Shown: positions 8,582 through 18,019, numbered from the stretch's first letter. The stretch: DNA of 22,860 bases from Candidatus Methylomirabilia bacterium (GCA_041496385.1 JBGQEL010000067.1:1-22860); one strand, 5' to 3'. Notes: generated by a model from the sequence alone, not told the origin. Numbers and translations: made by a program.

Positions 8582-9433
8582 ATGGTCGTCGAGCGGAAGT
8601 GGAAGAAGTGGGTGTTCTTCTATATCCCGCTCACGATCTTCATCATCGGCACCCTGTTTCCCTTCTACTGGATGTTCATCACGGCGATACGTCCGGACGC
8701 CGAGCTGTACCGGTCCTGGCGCGCGGCCAGCAACACGCCCTTCTGGACCCTCGCGCCGACGCTCGAGCACTTCCGCGACCTGATGGCGAAGACGACGTTC
8801 CCGCGCTGGCTCTGGAACACGTTCTTCATCGCGGTCGTTTCGACGCTGATCTCGCTCTTCTGCGGGCTCCTGGCCGGGTACGCGCTGGCGCGCCTCCGGT
8901 TCCCGATGGCGGGCACCATCGGCACGTCCATCTTCGTGACCTACCTGGTGCCGCCGACGCTCCTCTTCATCCCGCTCGCCGACATCATCCGGAACTTCCA
9001 GCTGGGCAACACGCCCTGGGCGCTGATCCTCACGTACCCGACGTTCCTCATCCCGTTCTGCACCTGGCTCCTCATGGGGTATTTCAAGACGATCCCCAAG
9101 GAGCTGGAAGAGTGCGCCCGGATCGACGGCGCCACGCGCTTCGGCGCGATGATGCGGATCATTTTCCCCATCGCCGTTCCCGGCATCCTCTCGGCGGGTA
9201 TCTTCGCCTTCACGCTCTCGTGGAACGAGTTCATCTACGCGCTCGTCTTCCTCTCCTCGCCGGAGAAGAAGACGGTGCCGGTCGGCGTCGTCTCGGAGCT
9301 GATCCGCGGCGACATCTACTTCTGGGGACAGCTGATGGCGGGCGCACTGCTCGGCTCGATCCCCGTCGCGCTCGTCTACTCCTTCTTCGTCGAGTACTAC
9401 GTCACGGGCCTCACCGGGTCCGTGAAGGGCTGA
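8582..9433 (+). CDS. Carbohydrate ABC transporter permease (MalG/UgpE-like)
   Basis: LFPFYWM, AGYALARLRF, EAA loop IPKELEECARIDGA, SWNEF, WGQLMAG and GLTGSVKG end. Confidence 0.95.
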   Translation: MVVERKWKKWVFFYIPLTIFIIGTLFPFYWMFITAIRPDAELYRSWRAASNTPFWTLAPTLEHFRDLMAKTTFPRWLWNTFFIAVVSTLISLFCGLLAGYALARLRFPMAGTIGTSIFVTYLVPPTLLFIPLADIIRNFQLGNTPWALILTYPTFLIPFCTWLLMGYFKTIPKELEECARIDGATRFGAMMRIIFPIAVPGILSAGIFAFTLSWNEFIYALVFLSSPEKKTVPVGVVSELIRGDIYFWGQLMAGALLGSIPVALVYSFFVEYYVTGLTGSVKG

Positions 9434-9442
9434 GCCCAAGCG

Positions 9443-9463
9443 CCCGGAGCCCCCGCCTCCGGG
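9443..9463. other. GC-rich hairpin between permease and ATPase genes
   Basis: CCCGGAG (9443-9449) pairs with CTCCGGG (9457-9463) around a 7-nt loop. No U-tract, so it is more likely a stability or processing element than a terminator. Confidence 0.4.
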
Positions 9464-9487
9464 GAACCCATTGAGGGGGACACGATC

Positions 9488-10576
9488 ATGGCCCAGGTGA
9501 TGATGAAAGACTTGAACAAGAAGTACGACGAGGTTCACGCCGTCAAGGACGTGAACCTCCACGTCCGCGACAAGGAGTTCGTGGTGCTCGTCGGCCCCTC
9601 GGGCTGCGGCAAGTCCACGACGCTCCGCATGGTCGCGGGGCTCGAGGAGATCACGGGCGGCGAGATCTCGATCGGCGACCGGGTCGTCAACGACCTCCCG
9701 CCGAAGGATCGGGACATCGCGATGGTCTTCCAGAACTACGCCCTCTATCCGCACATGACGGTCTACGACAACATGGCGTTCGGGCTGAAGATGCGCAAGT
9801 TCCCGAAGGCCGAGATCGCCAAGCGCGTGCAGGACGCGGCCGAGATCCTCGGCATCCAGGAGCTGCTGAAGCGCAAGCCGCGCCAGCTCTCGGGCGGCCA
9901 GCGGCAACGCGTCGCCGTCGGGCGCGCGATCGTGCGCCATCCCCAGGTCTTCCTCTTCGACGAGCCGCTCTCGAACCTCGACGCCAAGCTCCGCGTCCAG
10001 ATGCGCGTCGAGCTGAAGCGCCTGCACGACCGTCTCGAGACGACCGCGATCTACGTCACGCACGACCAGGTCGAGGCCATGACGCTTGGCGACCGCGTCG
10101 TCGTCATGAAGGACGGCTGGATCCAGCAGGTCGGCGAGCCGCTCGAGCTGTACGGCAAGCCGGCCAACAGGTTCGTGGCCGGGTTCATCGGCTCGCCCGC
10201 GATGAACTTCATGGAGGTGACCATCACCGACGCGGGCGGACTCTGGGCCGAGGCCCAGGGCCTCCGCGTGAAGGTCCCGCCGGCCGTCGCCGGGCGCCTG
10301 GGCGCCTACAAGGGCCAGCGGATCACGCTCGGGGTCCGGCCCGAGGACCTGCACATCGCCACCGGCAGCGATCCGAGCGAGTACGTCTTCGACGCCGTCG
10401 TCGACGTCGTCGAGCCGCTGGGCTCGGAGATCCTGCTCGACGTCCGCGCGGGCGGGCACACGATCGTCGCCCGCGTCGACCCGACCGTCCGCGCCAAGGT
10501 GCACGAGGCGCTCAAGCTCGCGCTCACGCCGGACCGCGCGCGTTTCTTCGACGCCAAGACCGAGCTGGCCATCTGA
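9488..10576 (+). CDS. Carbohydrate ABC transporter ATP-binding protein (MalK/UgpC/MsmX family)
   Basis: Walker A GPSGCGKST, VFQNYALYPH, LSGGQRQR, FLFDEPLSNLD, YVTHDQ and a C-terminal TOBE-like region (LGVRPE, EPLGSE). Confidence 0.97.
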   Translation: MAQVMMKDLNKKYDEVHAVKDVNLHVRDKEFVVLVGPSGCGKSTTLRMVAGLEEITGGEISIGDRVVNDLPPKDRDIAMVFQNYALYPHMTVYDNMAFGLKMRKFPKAEIAKRVQDAAEILGIQELLKRKPRQLSGGQRQRVAVGRAIVRHPQVFLFDEPLSNLDAKLRVQMRVELKRLHDRLETTAIYVTHDQVEAMTLGDRVVVMKDGWIQQVGEPLELYGKPANRFVAGFIGSPAMNFMEVTITDAGGLWAEAQGLRVKVPPAVAGRLGAYKGQRITLGVRPEDLHIATGSDPSEYVFDAVVDVVEPLGSEILLDVRAGGHTIVARVDPTVRAKVHEALKLALTPDRARFFDAKTELAI

Positions 10577-10692
10577 TCCTGTCGTAGCGGGGGCCCCGGA
10601 GCCGGCGTGACCGTGGGTGGGTTGAGATAGGCGCCGGCCGGCTCCGCACGCCCGCGTCACCGAGGCCGGTCGCGCGCAGGCGGCGCCGGCAG

Positions 10693-11553
10693 GTGGCGGT
10701 CGCCTACGCCCTCCTGGCGCCGGCGGCGGCTCTGGTCGTCGGCGTCCTCGCCTACCCGATCGGCTGGGAGGTCTGGGTCAGCCTCACGGACTTCTCGAGC
10801 CGGACGGACGGCCGCCCCGCCTTCGTCGGGCTCGCGAACTACGCGCGGCTGCTCCAGGACGGGTGGTTCTGGCGCGCGCTCGCCACGACGCTCGGCTATC
10901 TCGCGCTGACGACGGCGGCGAAGCTCGCGCTCGGGGTCGCGCTGGCCCTCCTCCTCGCGCGGCCCTCGCGCCTCCGCGCGCTGGTCTTCCTCGCCGTGTT
11001 CCTGCCGTGGGCGTACCCGGGGGGCGTCACGGTGGTCGCCTGGTTCTGGATGCTCAACCCGCCGCTCATCACCGGCTACAGCGTCGCCATGGGAAACGTC
11101 AAGCACGCCGTGGACGGCGTCCTCGGGACGGGCGCCTGGGCGTTCCTGAGCGTCCTGCTCTTCAACGTCTGGCGGGGCGGATCGTTCACCGCCGTCTTCC
11201 TGCTCGCCGGGCTGAACGCGATCCCGACCGAGCTCTTCGAGTACGCGCGGCTCGAGACGACGGGCGCGTGGCAGCGCTTCCGCGCGGTGACGCTGCCGCT
11301 ATTGCGGCCGTACATGGCCCTCGCCGTCTTCCTCTCGTTCACCACGGCGTTCGCCGACCTCGGAAACGTCTGGCTGCTCACGGGCGGGCGCGTCATCTTC
11401 CCGGTCGTCGGCACCTACGCCTACTGGCTCGGTATCAAGAGCGGCGAGTTCGCCGAGGCGGCCGCCTGGACGCTGTCGCTGGTGCCGCTCCTCGCCCTGG
11501 GGCTCGTCGTCCTCTTCCGCTGGTTCGATCCCCGCGAGGAGACGGCCGCGTGA
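10693..11553 (+). CDS. Divergent carbohydrate ABC permease (MalF-like)
   Basis: FVGLANY, LTGG and a degenerate EAA loop IPTELFEYARLETTGAWQRFRAVTLP. The start is uncertain. Confidence 0.85.
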   Translation: MAVAYALLAPAAALVVGVLAYPIGWEVWVSLTDFSSRTDGRPAFVGLANYARLLQDGWFWRALATTLGYLALTTAAKLALGVALALLLARPSRLRALVFLAVFLPWAYPGGVTVVAWFWMLNPPLITGYSVAMGNVKHAVDGVLGTGAWAFLSVLLFNVWRGGSFTAVFLLAGLNAIPTELFEYARLETTGAWQRFRAVTLPLLRPYMALAVFLSFTTAFADLGNVWLLTGGRVIFPVVGTYAYWLGIKSGEFAEAAAWTLSLVPLLALGLVVLFRWFDPREETAA

Positions 11554-12410
11554 GCGCGCGAGGCCGGCGCCTCCGGCACGGTGCCCTCCTGCTGGCCGCC
11601 GCGGTCTACAGCCTCTTCCCGATCTACTTCATCACCGTGCAGTCGCTGAAGACGCCGCAGGAGGACGTGTTCGGCAGTCCGCTCTGGGTCGCCACGCCGA
11701 CGTTCGAGAACTACACCGAGCTCTTCGAGGGCGCCCAGGCGCGCGTGCGGGGCTATGTCATTCTCCCGCGGGTGCCGTTTCTCGTATGGCTCGTGAACTC
11801 GGCGCTCGTCCTGGTAGGCAGCCTCACGCTGACGCTCGCCGCGGCCGTCCCCGCAGCGTACGCGCTCGGCCGGCTCCGCCCGCCCGGCTGGCGGTGGTGC
11901 CGGCGCGTCCTCTTCGCGAGCTACGCCGTGCCCCACACGATCCTCTTCATCCCTCTCTACCAGGTGATCGTCCGGCTCGGCCTCGACGACAGCCTCGGCG
12001 CCCTGGTCCTGATCTACTCGACCATGGCGCTGCCCTTCTGCGTCTGGATCCTCTCCGCCTACTACGGGCACCTGCCGCGGGAGATCGAGGAGTCGGCGCT
12101 CGTCGAGGGCGCCACGCCCGTGACCGCCTTCCTGCGCGTCGTGCTGCCGATGAGTCGCAACGTGCTCGTCGCCGCGGGGCTCTTCACGCTGGGCACGGTC
12201 GGCAACGACTTCATGCTGGCGTCCATCTTCCTCCTCGATCCGAGCACGCAGACGGTCGCCGCCGGCCTCGGCGTCATGGACGTGAGCCTGGAGGAGCTGG
12301 TGGCGGTGGCGGGCGTCAATCTCGCGGCGATCCCGCTCGTCGCGGTCTGCGCCCTCTTCGCGCGGACCTACGTGCGCGGACTCACGGCGGCGATGCTGGA
12401 GGGCGCGTAG
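11550..12410 (+). CDS. Divergent carbohydrate ABC permease (MalG-like), 286 aa
   Basis: GTG 11550 overlaps the upstream stop (GTGA) and follows GAGGAG. Motifs LFPIYF, SLKT, AAYALGRL and LPREIEESALVEGA. The ORF-track start at 10863 is an extension over the previous gene. Confidence 0.87.
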   Translation: MSARGRRLRHGALLLAAAVYSLFPIYFITVQSLKTPQEDVFGSPLWVATPTFENYTELFEGAQARVRGYVILPRVPFLVWLVNSALVLVGSLTLTLAAAVPAAYALGRLRPPGWRWCRRVLFASYAVPHTILFIPLYQVIVRLGLDDSLGALVLIYSTMALPFCVWILSAYYGHLPREIEESALVEGATPVTAFLRVVLPMSRNVLVAAGLFTLGTVGNDFMLASIFLLDPSTQTVAAGLGVMDVSLEELVAVAGVNLAAIPLVAVCALFARTYVRGLTAAMLEGA

Positions 12411-14244
12411 GCGCCTCGCGCTTCTTCAGGAGATACGGCACGTCGGCCACGACGGTGTTCTTGCGAAACAGGAGCGCGCCCTTGATGAGCAACGCCGTCT
12501 GGTTGTGCAGCACGTGCTGCCACCACTTGCGCGGCAGGAACTCGGGCACGACGATCGTGACCATCTGGTCGTCGCCGCGCGCCTGGATCTGGTCGAGGTA
12601 GTCGAGCAGCGGGCGCAGCAGCGACCGGTAGGGCGAGGTCAGGACGACCAGCGGGACCCCGAGCCCCCAGCGGGCCCATTTCTCCTCGATCCTCGACGTC
12701 CGCGCCGGATCCGTCTCGACGTAGACGCCGCGCACGGCCGCCGTGGGCGCGGCGAGCGTCCGCGCGTACTGGACCGCCCGCACGACGCCCCGGTGGACGT
12801 CGCCGATCAGCACGAGGACCGTGTGCTGGAACGGCGGCGGGGGCTCCAGACCCTCCAGCGACAGCTCGTCCGCGACCTCCCCGTAGTGCCGGCGCATCAC
12901 GAGGAACGAGACGACGAGCAGCGGGATCACGACGACGACGATCCAGGCGCCGTGCGTGAACTTGGTGGCCGCGATGACCACCGTGACGATCCCGGTCGCC
13001 AGCGCGCCGAGGCCGTTGATGGCGAGCCGGTGCCGCCAGCCGCGCTCCCGGCCGCGCCACCAGTAGCGCACCATGCCGCTCTGCGAGAGCGTGAACGAGA
13101 TGAAGACGCCGACGGCGTAGAGGGGGATCAGCGCGTGCGTCTCGCCACGGAAGAGGACGATCAGCAGGGCGGCGAAGGCCGCCAGCATCATGATGCCGTT
13201 CGAGAACACCAGGCGCTCGCCGAGGTTGCCGAATTGCCGTGGCACGAAGCGGTCGCGCGCCAGCAGCGAGGACAGCCGCGGAAAGTCGGCGAACGACGTG
13301 TTGGCGGCCAGGATCAGGATCAGCGTCGTGGCGGCCTGGATCAGGTAGTACGCCGGCCCGGTGCCGACGAGCTGTCGCGCGATCTGCGACACGACGGTCT
13401 CGCTCGCGCTCGGCACGACGTGGATCGCGGAGGCGAGCACCGTGAGGCCGAGGAACATCGTCGCCAGGATGGCGGCCATCCAGCCGAGCGTGAGCGAGGC
13501 GTTGCGCGACTCGGGCGGCCGGAACGCGGGAATGCCGTTCGAGATCGCCTCGGTGCCGGTCATGGCGGTGCAGCCGGAGGCGAACGCGCGCAGGACGAGG
13601 AACCACGTCAGCTCCTCGGACGCCACCAGGGTCGGCGGCGGCGCCGGCTCGAGGCTTCCCGTCACGAGGCGGTAGAAGCCGACGAGGAGCAGCAGGCCGA
13701 AGCTCCCGATGAAGAAGTAGGTCGGCACCGCGAAGAGCCGGCCGGACTCGCGGACCCCGCGGATGTTCGCGAAGGCGATGACGGCGACGCAGGCCAGACC
13801 GATGACGACCTTGTGCGTGCCGAGCTCGGGGACCGCCGAGGTGATCGCGGCGACCCCGGCGGCCACCGACACCGACACGGTGAGCACGTAGTCCACCAGC
13901 AGGGCGCCGGCGGCCACGAGCCCCGGCAGCACGCCGAGGTTCGCCCGCGCCACGATGTACGAGCCGCCGCCGCCCGGATAGGCATGGATCGTCTGCTGGT
14001 ACGAGACGGTCACGATGATCAGGAGCGCGGTGATGGACACGGCGATCGGCGTCGCGAGCTGCGTGGCGGCGAGGCCCGCCAGGATCAGGATCAACAGAAT
14101 CTCCTCGGTCGCGTACGCCACCGAGGACAGCGCGTCGGACGAGAAGACGGCGAGGGCGACGGTCTTGCGCAGGCGCTCGTGGCGGGCCTGGGCCAGTGGC
14201 ATCGGAGCGCCGACGAAGGCGCGCTTCACCAGAGTCAGTCGCAT
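12382..14244 (-). CDS. kimA: KimA/YdaO-like K+ transporter (APC fold)
   Basis: KRAFVGAP, FSSDALSSVAYATEEIL, YPGGGGSY, LLVDYVLTV, TGTEAISNG, AANTSFADFPRL, IPLYAVGVF and a C-terminal SPYRS / LHNQTA domain, all resembling B. subtilis KimA. Confidence 0.85.
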   Translation of the reverse strand: MRLTLVKRAFVGAPMPLAQARHERLRKTVALAVFSSDALSSVAYATEEILLILILAGLAATQLATPIAVSITALLIIVTVSYQQTIHAYPGGGGSYIVARANLGVLPGLVAAGALLVDYVLTVSVSVAAGVAAITSAVPELGTHKVVIGLACVAVIAFANIRGVRESGRLFAVPTYFFIGSFGLLLLVGFYRLVTGSLEPAPPPTLVASEELTWFLVLRAFASGCTAMTGTEAISNGIPAFRPPESRNASLTLGWMAAILATMFLGLTVLASAIHVVPSASETVVSQIARQLVGTGPAYYLIQAATTLILILAANTSFADFPRLSSLLARDRFVPRQFGNLGERLVFSNGIMMLAAFAALLIVLFRGETHALIPLYAVGVFISFTLSQSGMVRYWWRGRERGWRHRLAINGLGALATGIVTVVIAATKFTHGAWIVVVVIPLLVVSFLVMRRHYGEVADELSLEGLEPPPPFQHTVLVLIGDVHRGVVRAVQYARTLAAPTAAVRGVYVETDPARTSRIEEKWARWGLGVPLVVLTSPYRSLLRPLLDYLDQIQARGDDQMVTIVVPEFLPRKWWQHVLHNQTALLIKGALLFRKNTVVADVPYLLKKREAPTRPPASPP

Positions 14245-14298
14245 GGGTCACACGACTCTACCCCCGGTGCCCGGGGACCGGAGTCGCCGGGTTCGATT

Positions 14299-14347
14299 TT
14301 TACGCGATTTTTACGCCGCCGGGGCCCTTCTTGACGCGGGGTTGAGA
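14299..14347 (+). promoter_or_regulatory. Four-hexamer direct-repeat operator (11-21-11), KdpE/OmpR-family-like
   Basis: TTTACG 14299, TTTACG 14310, TTGACG 14331 and TTGAGA 14342. The first pair lies within a perfect CGATTTTTACG x2. Confidence 0.7.
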
Positions 14348-14383
14348 CGCCGTGTGACACCCTCGGCACGGAGGGTCGAGGCA

Positions 14384-14758
14384 ATGTGCGACGCGAGCGG
14401 TCGCCGTGCGAATGCGCCGGGGGCTCCCCACCCGCGGTGGAGCCTTCTCTACGGCCAGGCGTCCCTCATGCTCGGTGGCCTCGCCACGGTCGAGGTCGCG
14501 TCCCCCCCGGGAGCCTGGCGGACCGTGCTCCGCTGCGGCATCGGCCTCGCCGGCTTCGCCGCTATGGCCGCCTGGGCCCGGTGGAACCGCGTGGCGCTCG
14601 ACCAGCAGGACTGGTGCGAGTGCGCCGCCGAGAAGATCACCATGCGCGTGATTCCGTCCCGCCGGCCGGAGCCGACGGCGACGGAGCCCCGGGAACCCTT
14701 CGAGGCGCTCGAAGAGCTCCCGGACGACCGCTGGACCCTCACACCCGCAGGCCGGTAG
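14384..14758 (+). CDS. Uncharacterised two-TM small membrane protein, 124 aa (paralog A)
   Basis: ATG 14384 follows GGAGG/GAGG. Two hydrophobic segments; gapless similarity to 22430..22750 (P.W.LLY...VE...P....R.VL...GF..MA.W.R.NRVA). Confidence 0.8.
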   Translation: MCDASGRRANAPGAPHPRWSLLYGQASLMLGGLATVEVASPPGAWRTVLRCGIGLAGFAAMAAWARWNRVALDQQDWCECAAEKITMRVIPSRRPEPTATEPREPFEALEELPDDRWTLTPAGR

Positions 14759-14763
14759 CCCGG

Positions 14764-16128
14764 CTAGAGCAGCGTCCCGCGGAGCATGACGTAGGCGACC
14801 GAGAAGTAGATCACGAGCCCGCTCACGTCGACGAGTGTCGCGACGAACGGCGCCGACGCGCTTGCGGGGTCGAAGCCGGCGCGGCGCAGGATGAAGGGAA
14901 GCATCGACCCCGCCAGCGAGCCGAACATCACCACGCCGACCAGCGCGATACCCACCGTCAGCGCGACCAGCGCCCAGTGCGCGCCGTAGTCGTAGAAGCC
15001 GAAGACCTGCCAGGCGACGATGCGGCCGATTCCGATGACGCCCAGGATGGCCCCTAGCGCGAGGCCCGCCGGGACCTCGCGCAGGGCGATGCGCCACCAA
15101 TCGCGCAGTCGGATCTCCTGGAGCGCGAGCGCGCGGATGACGAGCGAGGTCGCCTGCGAGCCCGAGTTGCCGCCGGAGCTCATGATGAGCGGGATGAAGA
15201 GTGCCAGGACCAGGGCGCGGTTGAGCTCCCCCTCGAAGTGCTGCATGGCGGTGGCGGTGAGCATCTCGCTGAGGAAGAGCGCGCAGAGCCAGCCGCCCCG
15301 CTTGCGGATCATCGTCCCGAAGCCGATCTTCGTGTAGGGCTCGTCGAGCGCCTGCACGCCGCCCAGCTTGTGCAGGTCCTCCGTCTGCTCCTTCACCATC
15401 GTGTCGATCATGTCGTCGACGGTCACGATGCCGAGCAGATGGCCGCCCTCATCGACCACCGGGACGGCCAGCAGGTCGTACTTCGCGATGAGCCGGGCGG
15501 CCTCCTCGCGGTCGGTCCACGGCGTGACGGTGATCGGCGCACGCCGGTCACCGATCTCGATCAGCGTGCGGGTGGGGTCGGCGAGCACCAGCTCGCGCAG
15601 CGTCACCACGTGCACGAGCCGGCGGTCCACCGGGTCGAGCACGTAGATCGCGTAGACGGGCCGCTGCGGGTGGCCCACGGCGCGGAGGTGGGCGAGCGTG
15701 CGCTCGACGGTCCACGTGGTCGGCGCCTCGACGTGCTCCGTGGTCATGATGCCGCCGGCCGTCGTGGGCGGGTAGCTCAAGAGAGAGTGTAGCGACTCCC
15801 GGGTCGCCGGATCGATCGCGTGGAGCAGGCGGGCTCGCGCGCGGTCCGGAAGCTCGCGGAAGAGGTCGGCCCGCTGGTCGGCCGACATCGCCGTCAGGAG
15901 CGCCGTGGCCTTGTCGGCGGGCAGGTGCTCGAAGAGACGTGCCCGGTGATCGAGCGCGGGCTGGTTGAGCGCGCGCACCGCGAGCTCGAAGGGCAAGGCC
16001 GCGAGCACGCGCGCGGCCGCGGCGGGCTCGATCGCGTCCAGGGCCTCGGCGATGTCCGCGTCGTGCGCGCTTTCGAGCGCGTACGCCACGTTGACGGGGT
16101 CGGGGCCCGCGAGCCGGCGATCGTCCAT
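14764..16128 (-). CDS. mgtE: Magnesium transporter MgtE
   Basis: N-domain, CBS pair (TAGGIMT, KYDLLAVPVVD, GIVTVDD), GGNSGSQ and DPASASAPFVATLVDVSG with the conserved TM5 Asp; GGAG RBS. Confidence 0.96.
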   Translation of the reverse strand: MDDRRLAGPDPVNVAYALESAHDADIAEALDAIEPAAAARVLAALPFELAVRALNQPALDHRARLFEHLPADKATALLTAMSADQRADLFRELPDRARARLLHAIDPATRESLHSLLSYPPTTAGGIMTTEHVEAPTTWTVERTLAHLRAVGHPQRPVYAIYVLDPVDRRLVHVVTLRELVLADPTRTLIEIGDRRAPITVTPWTDREEAARLIAKYDLLAVPVVDEGGHLLGIVTVDDMIDTMVKEQTEDLHKLGGVQALDEPYTKIGFGTMIRKRGGWLCALFLSEMLTATAMQHFEGELNRALVLALFIPLIMSSGGNSGSQATSLVIRALALQEIRLRDWWRIALREVPAGLALGAILGVIGIGRIVAWQVFGFYDYGAHWALVALTVGIALVGVVMFGSLAGSMLPFILRRAGFDPASASAPFVATLVDVSGLVIYFSVAYVMLRGTLL

Positions 16129-16182
16129 GGTCTCCCCCTCCGCGCGCGGGCCCGCGAGGGAAGACCTCCCGGCGCTCAGCGC

Positions 16183-17415
16183 TCAGAAGATAGAGTAATA
16201 CAGCGCGAGCGTGAGCGTGTCCTGGGCGCCCGAGGTCGGGCCGCGATGGTCCCGGACGTCAAAGGCCTTCCGGCTCGCGTCGTCGTGGCGATACTCGAGG
16301 CGCGCGACCAGCCCGCGCCAGATCTTGTACTCGACCGTCGCGGTCAGCTCCCAGAGGTCGACGTTGTGGCCGGGGGCGATCGTCTCGCTGCTCCGGACGC
16401 CCTGCGGGTCCGCGAAGTATTCGAGCCGGAGCACGGTCCGCAGCGCCTTCGTCCAGTCGTACGCTGCGTAGGCCGCGATCCCGCTCCAGCGGGAGTCGTT
16501 GTCCGTGCGCGTGCCCAGCGCGACCAGCGCAGGGTCGTTCTCCTCGCCGGCGAAGTCGAAGTTCACCGCGAGGGTCACCCGATCGATTCCGGTGTAGAGG
16601 ATGGTCGTGTCGACGACGAACCGATTGTTGACCCGATCGCCGCGCATCTGGTCGCGATTCTGCTCGGGGCCGACGAGAAAGTTGACCGTGGCCGAGAGCT
16701 TGTCGATCGGCGTGAAGGCGAACGATCCGGTGGGCCGGAGGTAGCCGTTGTTGTTGTCCGCGCTGTCCCAGCCGTTCGTGAAGCCCAGCGTCGCGCCGAA
16801 CCACGGCGTGAACTGATAACTGGCGAGCAGCCCGGTGTGCGTGTACGGCGTCCCGAGCGTGTACAGGAACGAGCGCGAGAAGTTCAGGCTCTTCGGGCTC
16901 TCGTAGACCTCGTAGCCGATCAGGGTCGCCCACTTCCCCGCCTTCAGGGTGAGGCCGCTGCCGAGCGGGACGAGAAACGACGCGTACGCCTCGGGCAGAT
17001 CGTACTTCGGCGTGTTCCGGAAGAACGGCCCCACGTCGTCGAATCCGCGGAAGATTCCGAGCGAGTGGTTCTTCTGGGAGTCGAGCCCGCCGGTGACCAC
17101 GACGCCGTAGCCGAGACGATACTGCTCCGACGGGTCCTTCCGCACGGAGAGCTCGAGCGCGTTGAACGTGTAGCCGTTATCGTGGTCGTAGAACCGCAGC
17201 TCGTTCACGTTGCCTCGTCCGCCGCCCCTGAGGTTCCCGACGAAGCTGTTCTCGAGGTACCCGTAGAGGAACAGCTCCTCGAGATAGCTCTTGGGCTGGC
17301 CCTCGGCCGGCGCCGGCCGCCCCAGCACCTCGGCAACCGACTGCTGGGCTGAGGCGACGCTCGCCCACGCGGCGAGCAGGAAGGCCGCCACGCCCAAGAT
17401 CAGACGCTGGATCAT
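16183..17415 (-). CDS. Outer-membrane beta-barrel protein/putative porin (BBP2-like)
   Basis: Sec signal (ASA|QQ), GKW.TLIGYE, NFSRS.LY, PYTHTGL, NGWD, RLEY twice, alternating aromatic strands and a C-terminal Phe (LYYSIF). Confidence 0.8.
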   Translation of the reverse strand: MIQRLILGVAAFLLAAWASVASAQQSVAEVLGRPAPAEGQPKSYLEELFLYGYLENSFVGNLRGGGRGNVNELRFYDHDNGYTFNALELSVRKDPSEQYRLGYGVVVTGGLDSQKNHSLGIFRGFDDVGPFFRNTPKYDLPEAYASFLVPLGSGLTLKAGKWATLIGYEVYESPKSLNFSRSFLYTLGTPYTHTGLLASYQFTPWFGATLGFTNGWDSADNNNGYLRPTGSFAFTPIDKLSATVNFLVGPEQNRDQMRGDRVNNRFVVDTTILYTGIDRVTLAVNFDFAGEENDPALVALGTRTDNDSRWSGIAAYAAYDWTKALRTVLRLEYFADPQGVRSSETIAPGHNVDLWELTATVEYKIWRGLVARLEYRHDDASRKAFDVRDHRGPTSGAQDTLTLALYYSIF

Positions 17416-17449
17416 CGGGGTCTCCGTCGAACCGAGGGCGCGGGCCGGC

Positions 17450-18019
17450 CTAGCGGCCGTCGAGCGCCAGGTTCAATGCGAGGACATTCACCCGCGGCTC
17501 GCCGAGAAACCCGAGCTGCCGTCCCTCCGTGTGTCGCTCGACCAGCCGCCGGACCGCGGCCGGCTCCAGCTTGCGCGCCCTGGCGATGCGTTCGACCTGG
17601 AACAGCGCCGCGGCCGGGCTGATGTGCGGGTCCAGGCCGCTGCCGGATGCGGTCACCAGGTCGACCGGGACGGGTGCCTTGTTGTCCGGGTCGGCTGCGC
17701 GTAGCGCATCGACGCGCCCCTGCACCGTCTTGATCAGGTCCGGATTCGTCGGCGAGAGGTTGGAGCCCGACGAGGAGCCGGCGTTGTAGCCGAACGGGCT
17801 CGTCGCCGACGGGCGCCCCCAGAAGTACTTCGGGTCGTCGAAGGGCTGGCCGATCAGCGCCGAGCCCACGGTCTTGCCGTCCCGGACGATGAGGCTGCCG
17901 TTGGCCTGGTACGGGAACACGGCCTGTGCGACGGCGGTCACCAGGGCCGGGTAGGCGAGGCCCGTGATGGCCGACAGCAGGATCAGCGAGACGATCGCGG
18001 GGCGAATGTGCGAGAGCAT
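17450..18019 (-). CDS. kdpC: K+-transporting ATPase subunit C
   Basis: [42 protein letters not shown] and [15 protein letters not shown]. Confidence 0.97.
   Translation of the reverse strand: MLSHIRPAIVSLILLSAITGLAYPALVTAVAQAVFPYQANGSLIVRDGKTVGSALIGQPFDDPKYFWGRPSATSPFGYNAGSSSGSNLSPTNPDLIKTVQGRVDALRAADPDNKAPVPVDLVTASGSGLDPHISPAAALFQVERIARARKLEPAAVRRLVERHTEGRQLGFLGEPRVNVLALNLALDGR

Noticed and set aside
10863..11549. 515-aa version of the fourth permease
   Set aside because: The extension is an Arg/Pro-rich off-frame read of the third permease. GTG 11550 has an RBS and a GTGA overlap.
12382..12410. Convergent 29-nt overlap of the fourth permease and kimA as antisense regulation
   Set aside because: Short convergent overlaps are common in compact GC-rich genomes, and there is no further support.
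14245..14383. c-di-AMP (ydaO) riboswitch upstream of kimA
   Set aside because: The conserved GGGG.GAAU and CAGCUAAC-type elements are not visible, and the likely leader is too short. Only a GC hairpin (14253-14286) is present.
14015..14383. 247-aa version of paralog A
   Set aside because: The extension overlaps kimA antisense and the operator. Similarity to paralog B begins only after ATG 14384.
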